Assembly (NCBI GenBank): GCA_016839805.1
Contig: JAEOTO010000007.1
Coordinates: forward strand, 21,171-85,170
From: Candidatus Hermodarchaeota archaeon
GTDB lineage: Archaea; Asgardarchaeota; Hermodarchaeia; Hermodarchaeales; Hermodarchaeaceae
Length of the DNA stretch: 64,000 nucleotides
Direction: 5' to 3'
Of this stretch, positions 9,183-19,244 are shown piece by piece. Positions within the stretch are counted from its first letter, which is position 1. Every line of letters starts with the position of its first letter. The translations under genes were made by a program, and so were the position numbers. Under the pieces are notes generated by a model. That model did no database searches and was not told where the DNA came from. It worked only from the letters and a program-made list of their open reading frames with translations.

Positions 9183-9396
9183 GTCTTCAGAATCCTCTTC
9201 AGCTTCTCTTGTTTCCTCGTCACGGGCTATTGTTGTTTTGTCCGTGGTTATTGGGTTCACCGTCCTGGTCGCTGGTGGAGTTGCTTTCATTTTAGGATTA
9301 AATCTTCTGGGAGAAGCTCTCGTTCTTGCGGGCGTGTTTCTCTTTGCGTTCACAATGCTGTGTTATTTGGCTGCACGCCGCAACCGGAACCAATAA
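9181..9396 (+). CDS. Small two-TM membrane protein
   Basis: MSSESS..AIVVLSVVIGFTVLVAGGVAFILG..ALVLAGVFLFAFTMLCYLAARR: two hydrophobic helices and a basic tail. Confidence 0.5.
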   Translation: MSSESSSASLVSSSRAIVVLSVVIGFTVLVAGGVAFILGLNLLGEALVLAGVFLFAFTMLCYLAARRNRNQ

Positions 9397-9479
9397 GCAT
9401 GTACTCGTGTTTTCCCATTATTAGACTTATCCCTTCTCTGGGCGAAGGATTGCTTGCATTAACAGTTTCAAAGGATGAT

Positions 9480-12155
9480 TTATTTCCAAAGTGGCAGAAG
9501 GAACACAAATTTTGCTCCTTTAGAATAATCATTTTCTACCCGATTTTCAACCCAGATCTGGCCACCATATCTTCCAATTATTCTTTGAACGAGTGTTAAT
9601 CCAATTCCAGACCCTTGGGCTTTCTCACCTATCCGACGGGTAAACCTAGCGAAAATTAATTTCTTCAATTCATCTGAGATTCCAGGACCTTGGTCGGTTA
9701 ATTCAATTCTTAAAAACCGTTTGTTATCATCCGGGCTCACATTGACTTCAATCTCAACCTTTTCTCGGCGATCGAATTTGGTTGCATTGTGTAATAGGTT
9801 ATAGAAGAGATCAAGTAACAATTCATCAGCTAAGATCATGTATTTTCCAGGATGTATGTTGGTATCAACCCGAATGGTCTTCTTTGGAAATGCTTGTTTA
9901 ACTGCATTTAACGCACTCTGGAAGTCGGGTTCTATATCCCGCACCCCTAAATGTGGTCGTGTTGCATCAATTCGCGAAAACTTTCTAACACGACCAATTA
10001 GAGCGGAACTCCTCTCCACTTGCTCTAATGCAACCTGAAGCTGTTCACGAAGCGGTTCAGGAACATCAGGATCATAGAGTTGAATTTCTAATGCTGATAA
10101 TATCGCTTGGTTGATGTTATTTAGATCATGCGCCATTAAATCAGTGAAAAATTCAGCTCGAGCTTTCGCCTCCTCGAGTTCTTTTTCTGCTTCTTTACGC
10201 TCTGTTATGTCACGGGCAACTAGAATGTAGCCTAATGGTACACTTTCTGCTCCATAAAGAATTGCGGCACTGATATCCGCTGGAAAAGTAGAACCATCTT
10301 TATGGATAAGTGTAAATTGTTCGGGTTTAGCAATACCTGTTTCTTTTGTAGATTCCAGGTTTTTGATGGCTCTCTTCCGATCCTCCGGTATTACCAATTC
10401 AAAACAACTTTTTCCAATTAATTCATCGATTGCATCATATCCAAGTAATTTGATTGCTCGATCATTCACTAATGTGATATTTCCCTCTGCATCCGTAACC
10501 ATGATGGCATCAGGTGAGGTTTCAACAAGTGCACGATAACGAGATTCAGATTGTTTGAGGATATCGTCTGCAATCATACGTTGAGTAATATCGCGACATA
10601 CACCACGAAATCCAATAACCTGATTTGATTCATCGAAAATAGGTCGTGAACTCGTTTCCAGAATCAAAGTGTTTCCATCACGATGGAAAAAGTGATTGAC
10701 TAAACTTCGAAATGAGCGATTTTGGTTCCCACGTTCAGAAAAAGTGGTTCTTACTTCTTCGATTTCTGAAGGTTCCATTAAATCCCATAGTTCTCTTCCA
10801 ATGATTTGTCCAGCTGTATAGCCCAATATATCTTCAACTGAACAATTAGAATAGGTGAATTTGAACTCTTGGTCTACTTCCCAAACCCAATCAGCAGTGT
10901 CTTCAACAAGTAAACGGAATTTCTCTTCAGATTCTTTGAGCGCCTCTTCAGCGATTTTTCGTTCCGTTACATCCTCTCCAGAACTAAGTATTCCCGTCAT
11001 AGTTCCATCATCTTCACGAAGAACTGTCGTATGCCACTGAATGATGCGCTCGGATCCATCCTTTCTGATGATAGGGTTTTCCACAAACTCTTTTAATTCA
11101 CATTGTCCAGTCAAGGCTTTTTCATAAAATTCCTTCATTGCTGTGCGGTTAGGTTCAGTGATGCAGGTATCAAAATAATTCTGACCTATCAGTTCGTTTT
11201 CCGTATACCCGAAAATTTCACAGGCTTTCCTATTAACTAGGAAAATACGCTGTTGTACATCAATCCCTATAAATGCTGCACCAGCGATTTCTAAATATTG
11301 CTGCCCTCGATCGCGTTCGTGGAATAGCGCCTCTTGCGACACTTTGCGTTCAGTAATATCTCTTGTAACTTCAACACATCCAATGACATTTCCTTCTTCA
11401 TCCTTGAGTGGATAACCACGAATGAACCAATACCGACCATCAGGTGTGCTCATTTCATTCTCTTTGACCTCACCGGTTTTTCGGGCTTCGACTATCGGGC
11501 ATCCTTCACAAGGAGTTTCCCTTCCAGGCCAAACTTCGTAGCAAAATCGGCCAGTTATCTCATCAAGGGTAAGGTTCACTGAATCTGCGGCAGCTCGGTT
11601 CGCCCATATAATCCGGTTTTCCATATCCTGATAGATTACATGTTCAGAAATGCTATCCAAAATGAGGGACTTTTCTTCAACTATTTTTTTCAGAGCCAAC
11701 TCACTCTCTTGTAATACTCGCTCAATTTCCTTACGTTCACTGATGTCCTTTTGAATTGAAATCGAATAAAGAACTTGACCATCATCATCCATAATCATGT
11801 TGGCATTCAGTAAGACCGTACGCTGGTGCCCTTCCCTATTTTGAATGATAAGTTCCTCATCGGAAATCGAGGCATTTTCCTTCCACCTTTTGAAAATCTC
11901 CATAACCTTGTCCTGGCATTCATCGGCATAAATGGTCCGAATGTGTTTACCAATTAATTCTACACGGCTATAACCTAAAGCCTGAAGAGCTGATTGGTTA
12001 ACATCGAGGATTATTCCTTGAGGAGAGATCATATAACAATACAAGGGTGCATTTTCGAAAAACAAGCGAAACCGATTATCCTCATCACGCTCCTTGGAAT
12101 CCTGCGCGTCTGGCCTATTCAAAGACATAATTTTGCACCATGACATTGAAGCCAA
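9480..12155 (-). CDS. Soluble multi-PAS (5 PAS/PAC) sensor histidine kinase
   Basis: Five PAS-PAC units ending in DIT/SERK-type motifs; H-box AHDLNN; N box NLLHNA; DQGPGI; GSGIGL. The true start may be 12128. Confidence 0.95.
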   Translation of the reverse strand: MASMSWCKIMSLNRPDAQDSKERDEDNRFRLFFENAPLYCYMISPQGIILDVNQSALQALGYSRVELIGKHIRTIYADECQDKVMEIFKRWKENASISDEELIIQNREGHQRTVLLNANMIMDDDGQVLYSISIQKDISERKEIERVLQESELALKKIVEEKSLILDSISEHVIYQDMENRIIWANRAAADSVNLTLDEITGRFCYEVWPGRETPCEGCPIVEARKTGEVKENEMSTPDGRYWFIRGYPLKDEEGNVIGCVEVTRDITERKVSQEALFHERDRGQQYLEIAGAAFIGIDVQQRIFLVNRKACEIFGYTENELIGQNYFDTCITEPNRTAMKEFYEKALTGQCELKEFVENPIIRKDGSERIIQWHTTVLREDDGTMTGILSSGEDVTERKIAEEALKESEEKFRLLVEDTADWVWEVDQEFKFTYSNCSVEDILGYTAGQIIGRELWDLMEPSEIEEVRTTFSERGNQNRSFRSLVNHFFHRDGNTLILETSSRPIFDESNQVIGFRGVCRDITQRMIADDILKQSESRYRALVETSPDAIMVTDAEGNITLVNDRAIKLLGYDAIDELIGKSCFELVIPEDRKRAIKNLESTKETGIAKPEQFTLIHKDGSTFPADISAAILYGAESVPLGYILVARDITERKEAEKELEEAKARAEFFTDLMAHDLNNINQAILSALEIQLYDPDVPEPLREQLQVALEQVERSSALIGRVRKFSRIDATRPHLGVRDIEPDFQSALNAVKQAFPKKTIRVDTNIHPGKYMILADELLLDLFYNLLHNATKFDRREKVEIEVNVSPDDNKRFLRIELTDQGPGISDELKKLIFARFTRRIGEKAQGSGIGLTLVQRIIGRYGGQIWVENRVENDYSKGAKFVFLLPLWK

Positions 12156-12377
12156 TGAGTTTCAAACTCTAGAGGGAGGAGTATTACTGAACCAGGTGGT
12201 TAGCCTTTCATGTTCCCCAAAGTCGATCGACTTCAAAGATTCTGTGTTGGATTACAATAAATATCTGTTTCGGGCTTTACAAAAAACAGTTCCAAAAACT
12301 GAGTTAATCACACCTAAATTTCCAGAACTTTTAACTTTTGTACTAAAAAGTACAAAAGTTAGGAAAAAAATTGAAAG

Positions 12378-12758
12378 TTAACCGACATAGGAGGGTGTAT
12401 CCGGTTTATCGGTCGGTGAACGTCGCTTCTTCTGCTGCTTCTTGATCTGTTGTTCTAGCTCCACAACCTTCTGCGTCATGTAGTTTGCTAAGTCTTTCCA
12501 CATCCACGGCGCCATTTTGACAGTAGCGACAATTTGAAAGTCAGCGTGTTCTGCTTCGAGTCTTTCTTGTTTGGTTATCTTCGGCACTTCAACATGCGAG
12601 ATGAGGTTGATGAATCCTTCGTGCTGGTTGACGCCGGCATAATACCCATTCGCGAAAATGATGCGGTGTTCTGGGCTTATAGTCACCTGAACAGGAATGC
12701 CTTTCATCCCTTCAGGTGCTGAATCTTCTTTTTTCGGTTTAGATTTATGAGTTGACAT
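12378..12758 (-). CDS. Hypothetical protein (DUF3467-like)
   Basis: IIFANG...EGFINL...VATVKMAP followed by a helix resembles DUF3467. Start placed at MSTHK. Confidence 0.5.
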   Translation of the reverse strand: MSTHKSKPKKEDSAPEGMKGIPVQVTISPEHRIIFANGYYAGVNQHEGFINLISHVEVPKITKQERLEAEHADFQIVATVKMAPWMWKDLANYMTQKVVELEQQIKKQQKKRRSPTDKPDTPSYVG

Positions 12759-12988
12759 GCTGTCGGGTGGCAGGCACCACATAAAAGGACTGCTAAGGGT
12801 TGTTGATAGCTAAAGTTTCAGACGGTTTTATGATATTGTGTGTTGTGTGACGGATAATTTTAAATATCGCCTTCAGGCACCGGAACTCGTTCCTGTCCGT
12901 AAAGACGGGTATCCCCGATTTTTGAGGGGAAGAAGAACAGTATTGATTGAAGCATCATACTTGCTATTACATACACCGGTGACAAGCC

Positions 12989-14953
12989 GTGAGTAAAATT
13001 GAGATTACGTCAACAGAATCCCGGGTGTTCCCACCTCCTAAAGCCTTCAGTAAACAGGCTCATATCAAGAACATGGAAGAATTAGGTAAACTTTACCAAG
13101 AATCCATCAAGAATCCCACTGGCTTTTGGACAAAACAAGCTGAGAAACTCGATTGGTTTGAAAAATGGTCAGAACCTGTTCACACTTGGGATCCAGCTGA
13201 AGCACGTCACACCTGGTTTAAAGGTGGTAAACTCAACGCCTGCTATAACTGTCTTGACCGTCATGTAAAGGGCGAAAATAAAGACAAAATTGCGATTATC
13301 TGGGAAGGTGACGATCCCCAAGAAAGTAAGACCTTTACTTTCCAACAACTCCATACTGAAGTCAGTAAGTTCGCTAACGCTCTCAAGAAACTCGGATATA
13401 GAAAAGGAGACCGTATGGCAATTTATCTGCCCATGATTCCGGAACTAGCTATTGCTATGTTAGCATGTGCGCGGTTGGGCATCATTCATAGCATCGTCTT
13501 TGGCGGGTTTAGTGCAGACAGTCTGAAAGATCGCATTCTGGATGCCAATTGCACAGGTCTCATTACCAGTGACGGGAGTTACCGTGGAGGGAAAACTATC
13601 CCTCTGAAGGACAATGCTGATGTAGCACTGAAAAGCTGTCCCAAGGTAAAACATAACATCGTCGTAAAACGCACTGGCATAGAAGTTGAAATGAGAAAGA
13701 AACGGGATCTCTGGTGGCACGAACTCATGAAGGATCTCGAAGTCCAAGGTGAATGCCCAGCTGAACCAATGGATGCGGAAGATTGTCTATTCATCCTCTA
13801 TACGAGCGGTTCGACTGGTAAGCCAAAGGGCGTCCTTCATACCACTGGTGGTTACCTTACATATACTATGACCACCTTCAAGTGGATTTTCGATTATCAA
13901 CCTACTGATATCTATTGGTGTACTGCTGACATTGGTTGGATTACTGGGCACAGCTATATTGTCTATGGTCCTCTAGCAGCCGGCGCAACAAGTGTAATGT
14001 TTGAAGGTGTACCAACCTATCCGGAACCAGACCGTTTCTGGGCAATTGTAGAAAAATGGAATATCAACCAATTTTACACTGCTCCAACTGCTATTCGGGC
14101 TATCATGCGTCATGGCGACGAATGGGTCAACAAACATGATCTTAGCAGTCTAAAGCTCCTTGGTACAGTTGGAGAACCTATCAATCCCGAAGCATGGATT
14201 TGGTATCATCAAGTTGTCGGAAAGGGCAAGACACCCATTGTTGATACATACTGGCAAACGGAAACTGGGGGAGTAGTCATTTCACCTATTCCTGGTGCAG
14301 TTCCACTAAAACCTGGATCGGCCACACTGCCATTCTTTGGCATAGAAGCAATGATAGTTGACGAGTCGGGCCAAGAAGTAGGTGTAAACGAAGGCGGTTA
14401 CCTTGTCATTAAGAAACCATGGCCAGGACTAATGCGCACCGTTTATGGCGACCATCAACGCTTTATTGATACCTATTTCAAGACTTTCCCACCCTACTAC
14501 ATGACCGGGGACGGGGCTCGAATAGACGAAGATGGTTATTTCTGGGTCGTTGGTCGAATTGACGACGTCGTAAATGTTAGTGGTCACCGTATGGGTACTG
14601 CTGAAATCGAATCCGCTCTGGTTAAACATCCCGCTGTGGCTGAAGCAGCTGTAGTCGGTTTTCCTCATGACATTAAGGGCCAAGCCCTCTACTGCTTTGT
14701 TACCCTCAAATTGGGTTACGAAAAAACTGATGAGCTAAGACAAGAACTTCGAAAACACGTCCGTAAAGATATTGGTCCCATTGCGACCCCAGATAAAGTC
14801 CAATTCGCAGATGCCCTTCCCAAGACCCGAAGTGGCAAGATTATGCGACGGATTTTAAAGAAAATCGCAGCAGGCGAGACCAAAGATTTGGGTGACACTA
14901 CAACGTTAGCTGATCCATCAATTGTCCAAAAGCTCATAAAAGAACGGGTTTAA
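12989..14953 (+). CDS. acs: Acetyl-CoA synthetase (AMP-forming)
   Basis: YTSGSTGKPKG, ADIGWITGH, VGEPIN, DTYWQTETG and PKTRSGKIMRR motifs. Confidence 0.98.
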   Translation: MSKIEITSTESRVFPPPKAFSKQAHIKNMEELGKLYQESIKNPTGFWTKQAEKLDWFEKWSEPVHTWDPAEARHTWFKGGKLNACYNCLDRHVKGENKDKIAIIWEGDDPQESKTFTFQQLHTEVSKFANALKKLGYRKGDRMAIYLPMIPELAIAMLACARLGIIHSIVFGGFSADSLKDRILDANCTGLITSDGSYRGGKTIPLKDNADVALKSCPKVKHNIVVKRTGIEVEMRKKRDLWWHELMKDLEVQGECPAEPMDAEDCLFILYTSGSTGKPKGVLHTTGGYLTYTMTTFKWIFDYQPTDIYWCTADIGWITGHSYIVYGPLAAGATSVMFEGVPTYPEPDRFWAIVEKWNINQFYTAPTAIRAIMRHGDEWVNKHDLSSLKLLGTVGEPINPEAWIWYHQVVGKGKTPIVDTYWQTETGGVVISPIPGAVPLKPGSATLPFFGIEAMIVDESGQEVGVNEGGYLVIKKPWPGLMRTVYGDHQRFIDTYFKTFPPYYMTGDGARIDEDGYFWVVGRIDDVVNVSGHRMGTAEIESALVKHPAVAEAAVVGFPHDIKGQALYCFVTLKLGYEKTDELRQELRKHVRKDIGPIATPDKVQFADALPKTRSGKIMRRILKKIAAGETKDLGDTTTLADPSIVQKLIKERV

Positions 14954-14962
14954 CACCGTACA

Positions 14963-15011
14963 TCCGTGGGTTCAATAAGAACTCACGGAAGTATTTCTTT
15001 TTTTCTTTCTT
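14963..15011 (+). terminator. Hairpin plus T-tract after acs
   Basis: TCCGTGGGTTC-AATAA-GAACTCACGGA followed by T-rich runs. Confidence 0.7.
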
Positions 15012-15146
15012 CACAGGTACTACCACTAATTTACTTTTTTCAAGTCTTAATCAGAATTAAGCTGAACCAAATATAATTCATATAAATAGGACCTTAACTA
15101 GACTGTTAACGAGTAGTAAAATGGTTTAAAAGGATGAGTTAGACTG

Positions 15147-15722
15147 ATGACTTTTGGATTAACAGGAATATTCAGCACAATTCGAATGGCTCAGGTTGAT
15201 ATTTCAAATCCACTTTTTTGGCTGGCAGTATTTTTCGTATCAGGGTTGGGCGTTGCACTACTCGTTGGAATAATTGCCGGATCTATATTGACTCTGCAGG
15301 GCAGAAGTATCCGTAAGAGAGCCGCAGAAGCGGGTGTCTCAGTTAAGTTACCGAGAAGCGAAGGTGGCATTGATCCTTATGACATTGAGGGATGTGGATA
15401 TTGTATTATCTTCATTGTAATCATAATTCTCGGTGCCATGGGGATTTCACTTCCTATCATATTACCCCAGCAAACAGAGGCCATAATAATGGCTGTAGTC
15501 CTAGTCATTTTTGGTGGTCTCTTTTGGGGATTGGTCATCTGGTCCATTTTCTATACTGCCCGTGAATATCCAAAACGTCGGAAATTACTAGCAGCAGCTT
15601 TACAGGGGACTCCCAAAGCCAGGATTAGAAAAGAGGGAGAAACCCTAACATGTTCAACATGTGGTTTACCTTTACGAGCCGATGACAAATTCTGTGGTAG
15701 TTGTGGGGCTGCTACTGATTAG
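15147..15722 (+). CDS. Three-TM membrane protein with C-terminal zinc ribbon
   Basis: TM segments and CSTCG..DDKFCGSCG. Confidence 0.8.
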   Translation: MTFGLTGIFSTIRMAQVDISNPLFWLAVFFVSGLGVALLVGIIAGSILTLQGRSIRKRAAEAGVSVKLPRSEGGIDPYDIEGCGYCIIFIVIIILGAMGISLPIILPQQTEAIIMAVVLVIFGGLFWGLVIWSIFYTAREYPKRRKLLAAALQGTPKARIRKEGETLTCSTCGLPLRADDKFCGSCGAATD

Positions 15723-15933
15723 ATTCACATCGATGATCGGCTATTCCTATTTGATTTTTTTTTAAAAAAAATGCTCACTATTGTACATATTTTATAAACA
15801 GTGATAGTGCATAGACGGTATCTGTGTGAGAAAGGATGGTTTCAAAAGTACAGTGGGCAAATTTACCTAATATTGCATTAATGATAGCCCGAATCTGTTT
15901 TCATAACAAACACAATGGAATGGAGGTGAATTA

Positions 15934-16464
15934 ATGAAACGAAAAATATTACCCTGTATTCTAGTGTGCTGTTTATGGTCCCTGACAATCGTTGAAGTAA
16001 GTGCCAATGGGTATTGGATGCCAACAGAATTTGGGAGCCTGCTTGGTCCTATTCCAGCTCTTGGGCATAAGCATATGCAAAAAACAACCGCTCATTCACG
16101 AGAAGAATTCGAATTTAACTGGACAACTGGTCTTGTTGCCGTTAACTTCCACATTATGAACGCAGTTAACTACCAAAACTGGTCAACAGGCCAGCCTTGG
16201 ACTGGCACCGTAAATCACCTAAACATCACCGGTGAAGCCTTTTCCTGGGAAACTTATGGAGCTAATGCCACATATCATTTCATCTGGTACAACCCATCCG
16301 TGATTGGTACAAACATAGTTGGTGATTGGCATCGTAGTCGATGGGTCGAAGTTGAAGGAAACATACCAGGTTTTCCAATTGAAACCATCGTAATTGGCCT
16401 TGCCATTGCAATAGGACTAGGTATTGTCATTAGGCACAGAATGAAAAAACAAGATTCGAAGTAA
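15934..16464 (+). CDS. Secreted surface protein with PGF/Loki-CTERM-type sorting tail
   Basis: Signal peptide, NxT sequons, and C-terminal IPGFPI + TM + basic tail. Confidence 0.8.
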   Translation: MKRKILPCILVCCLWSLTIVEVSANGYWMPTEFGSLLGPIPALGHKHMQKTTAHSREEFEFNWTTGLVAVNFHIMNAVNYQNWSTGQPWTGTVNHLNITGEAFSWETYGANATYHFIWYNPSVIGTNIVGDWHRSRWVEVEGNIPGFPIETIVIGLAIAIGLGIVIRHRMKKQDSK

Positions 16465-16492
16465 CACTATTAGAAACAATTCAACAGTCATA

Positions 16493-16987
16493 CTACTGCT
16501 CTTCAAGAAGTAGTTGTAGGATTTTCTGTTGATCGCGAACATCGAATACTAAAGCAGCGACCATAGGAATTGGAATAACTACCCATACTAAAACTAAGAC
16601 GAAATAGAACATGCCAAAGACAAAACTAGCAATGGCTGCTACAATCCCAATGATAAAGAGGATACAAAAACACCCTTCCGCTGCATTCGCGTCTTGAATT
16701 GCGAGTGACCACCCTCGAAAATAGGTCAACCTTCCCCGGGTCCATGTGATAGTCTTACCAGCTTCTTCGGCTTTTCTCCTCATTTTTCTTCGATGGAGAT
16801 TACGAAGCATTATTAAAAATCCGGGGAATAGAACATCGAAGAAGACACCAGCAAAGACAAAAATGAATGCCACGACAATCGGATCCCAAAATCTTTGTTG
16901 CATCAAAAAACCTGTTGTAATAAATGATGTCAACATCATGAAATGAAAAATCATAGTAATCACGTTACCTTCCCTCCTGATAATCAC
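16493..16987 (-). CDS. Membrane protein, paralog of 15147
   Basis: Shares the TM-RRKAEEAG-EGCFC-2TM pattern. Confidence 0.7.
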   Translation of the reverse strand: MIIRREGNVITMIFHFMMLTSFITTGFLMQQRFWDPIVVAFIFVFAGVFFDVLFPGFLIMLRNLHRRKMRRKAEEAGKTITWTRGRLTYFRGWSLAIQDANAAEGCFCILFIIGIVAAIASFVFGMFYFVLVLVWVVIPIPMVAALVFDVRDQQKILQLLLEEQ

Positions 16988-17639
16988 CTAGATGAGCTCC
17001 ACATCTGCCACAGAACTTATCCGTTTCGGTGATTGATTCTCCACATACTGGACAACTCGTAGGTTTGTCTTTCATTGGTTTCTCTCTAAGAAGTGGTGTT
17101 GATGTCTTATCCACTGCTTCGGAATACCTTCGACTACCCCGTCTTAATCCGATGATTCCACAAACGAGAATGATTGGTATGATCACCGCAAAGAGCACCG
17201 CCATAACTACGAATCCAATTAATTGACCGACTTCTTCAGGAACAAGTGGGAAAGTTGGAAGTGGGATATCAAAGAGTATCATGAAACCAGCAATTGTCAC
17301 AATTGCAAGGAAGCAGAAGAATGGATATCCGTGAGAGAGAGATTCATCTTGGTGGGGAGGTTGTGGTTTCACCACAGGAATTACTTGCTGTTCTAAGGCT
17401 TGCTTTTTTAGCTTTGCATGGCGTCTACCATAGATGCAGCATATAAGAGATAGAATAATTGTAAATCCAATTCCAAAAATGATAGCATAAACAAAAAGAT
17501 TGTCGATATTGAACCCAGGAGCCTGAGCGAGTATATTTGTATATGTCAAGAACTGATGTATCATCTTTGGGAGACTAGATTGATCAAGTATTTGTCGTGC
17601 TATTGCCATTAGAGAACACCCTAGAAATGTTTCATACAC
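16965..17639 (-). CDS. Three-TM membrane protein with C-terminal zinc ribbon
   Basis: TM segments and CPVCG..TDKFCGRCG. The true start may be about 17609. Confidence 0.78.
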   Translation of the reverse strand: MYETFLGCSLMAIARQILDQSSLPKMIHQFLTYTNILAQAPGFNIDNLFVYAIIFGIGFTIILSLICCIYGRRHAKLKKQALEQQVIPVVKPQPPHQDESLSHGYPFFCFLAIVTIAGFMILFDIPLPTFPLVPEEVGQLIGFVVMAVLFAVIIPIILVCGIIGLRRGSRRYSEAVDKTSTPLLREKPMKDKPTSCPVCGESITETDKFCGRCGAHLGDYQEGR

Positions 17640-17868
17640 TGTACTTAGTTTTTTAAATAAGTTATTTCAGTTACATATTCCACAGAAATAAACTGATTCT
17701 GTGCGCTAGAACTACATTTACTTTGTTCACTGCTTTAATATTGTTTGTAAAGGGTTTTTAATATTTTAAGGGCATATAGTATTTATTAAATATGGAAAGC
17801 TTTTTCAGTAATAGCAAATCAAAGAATTCAATTACCCAGCTTATGGGAAAAAACTGGGAGAGATCATC

Positions 17869-18465
17869 ATGGTTTCGGCTAAAATACCAAAAGTATTGGC
17901 TGTTATTGCACTGGTCGTAAATCTCATCGCAGTACTCATAACGGTCTATTGGCTCATCCAAATCTGGATACTTATCGGGTGGATCATTATCATTCCCTTT
18001 ATTGGCATCATTTTCCTTGCGATGATCCTTGGCCCCTGGCTCTTAACGTTCATCTTCGTCTTAATTTTCACACTAATCCTCCCTCTACGAACATATCGTG
18101 ACATTACTCCAGAAAATCCCCAGTCACCTGCCACTATCTTCGCGATAGGCGGAATCATTGGAATTATACTCGGCGCTTTCGGCCTATTTCCCAATCCTCT
18201 TATTGCTTTTGTATTCTTGGTTTTTGGACCTAGCGTGCTTTTTAATGCTGTTCCTCAACTCATCGGAGGAATTTTCCTGGTAATTGCAGGTGCGTTATCA
18301 TTAACAGTAGAAGAGGAATATGAAGCAACACCTCCCATAGAAGAACCAAAAGAACCACCAAGTCCTTCAGTAACTGAAAAGTCCGAAGTTAACATATGCC
18401 AATCATGTGGATCCGAGTTGTCCGAGAATGAGAAATTCTGTCGGAATTGCGGTGCAGAAGTGTAG
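17869..18465 (+). CDS. Multi-TM membrane protein with C-terminal zinc ribbon
   Basis: Hydrophobic core, Pro/Glu-rich linker and CQSCG..NEKFCRNCG. Confidence 0.8.
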   Translation: MVSAKIPKVLAVIALVVNLIAVLITVYWLIQIWILIGWIIIIPFIGIIFLAMILGPWLLTFIFVLIFTLILPLRTYRDITPENPQSPATIFAIGGIIGIILGAFGLFPNPLIAFVFLVFGPSVLFNAVPQLIGGIFLVIAGALSLTVEEEYEATPPIEEPKEPPSPSVTEKSEVNICQSCGSELSENEKFCRNCGAEV

Positions 18466-18506
18466 CAGATATTAAAAAGAACGCACAGAAAATGGAGTGA
18501 ACCTAA

Positions 18507-18974
18507 TTGGATTTCCGAAAGCCTGCTAGAATAACTATCTTGATTGGAACCATTATCGGCTTAATTCCTCTTGCACTCTCAATATTGGCAACCGTCACAC
18601 TCATTATCACTTGGTGGGAATTCATAGTGACCCCAATTCTAGGGCTTGGTATGATTATCTACTTAGGTATCGCAATAGTCCTAATCGTCGTAATTTTGAT
18701 TCTCAACATCATTATTCCACTTATTGGGTTTTTCCGAATTCACTATGAAATCAGGGAGCGCTTTTCCATTATCTTCCTATTCATTGCTATTATCACATTC
18801 TTTCTCGCATACCTTTTCTGGGAACTTTGGCTAGGACGTGCACCTGAGATATTTCCAATCTTCAGCATGGCATTCGCACCATTCTCATATTTTCTCATGA
18901 TCTTTCTAATTGCAGTTGGAATTGTCTATATTTTGGCTAGTATACTTACAATTCTCATTCGCGAACCAAGTTAA
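18507..18974 (+). CDS. Multi-TM membrane protein (loose paralog of the 17869 TM domain)
   Basis: Four hydrophobic segments in a similar layout; GGAGTGA RBS. Confidence 0.7.
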   Translation: MDFRKPARITILIGTIIGLIPLALSILATVTLIITWWEFIVTPILGLGMIIYLGIAIVLIVVILILNIIIPLIGFFRIHYEIRERFSIIFLFIAIITFFLAYLFWELWLGRAPEIFPIFSMAFAPFSYFLMIFLIAVGIVYILASILTILIREPS

Positions 18975-19095
18975 TAACCAAGCTAAATACAAGTGCAGTT
19001 GTGTGACTTAACAACAGATTATGCCATCTTCATCAAAGTGAGAAATTTTAGTTAATAGCTTTGTCCATACCGGTTAATGATGGAAGCGCCTGTAT

Positions 19096-19124
19096 TATCT
19101 GGAAAATGCTATTAAGACACTTTT
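19096..19124 (+). repeat. 29-bp dispersed direct repeat, copy 1 (dif-like site candidate)
   Basis: TATCTGGAAAATGCTATTAAGACACTTTT. Confidence 0.75.
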
Positions 19125-19244
19125 AAGTCGGTGGACCCAACCTCAAAAATAGAAGATAAATTGAGTATTGGCGGTGTTTTCCTATAAAGGTGAATTAAGT
19201 TTTGTTTAATAGTTCGCATTAGTAATTGATACTAGGGTGGTTCT

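Noticed and set aside
15754-15772. T9/A8 palindrome as a mobile-element end
   Set aside because: Low-complexity sequence with no partner or transposase; more likely a simple terminator tract.
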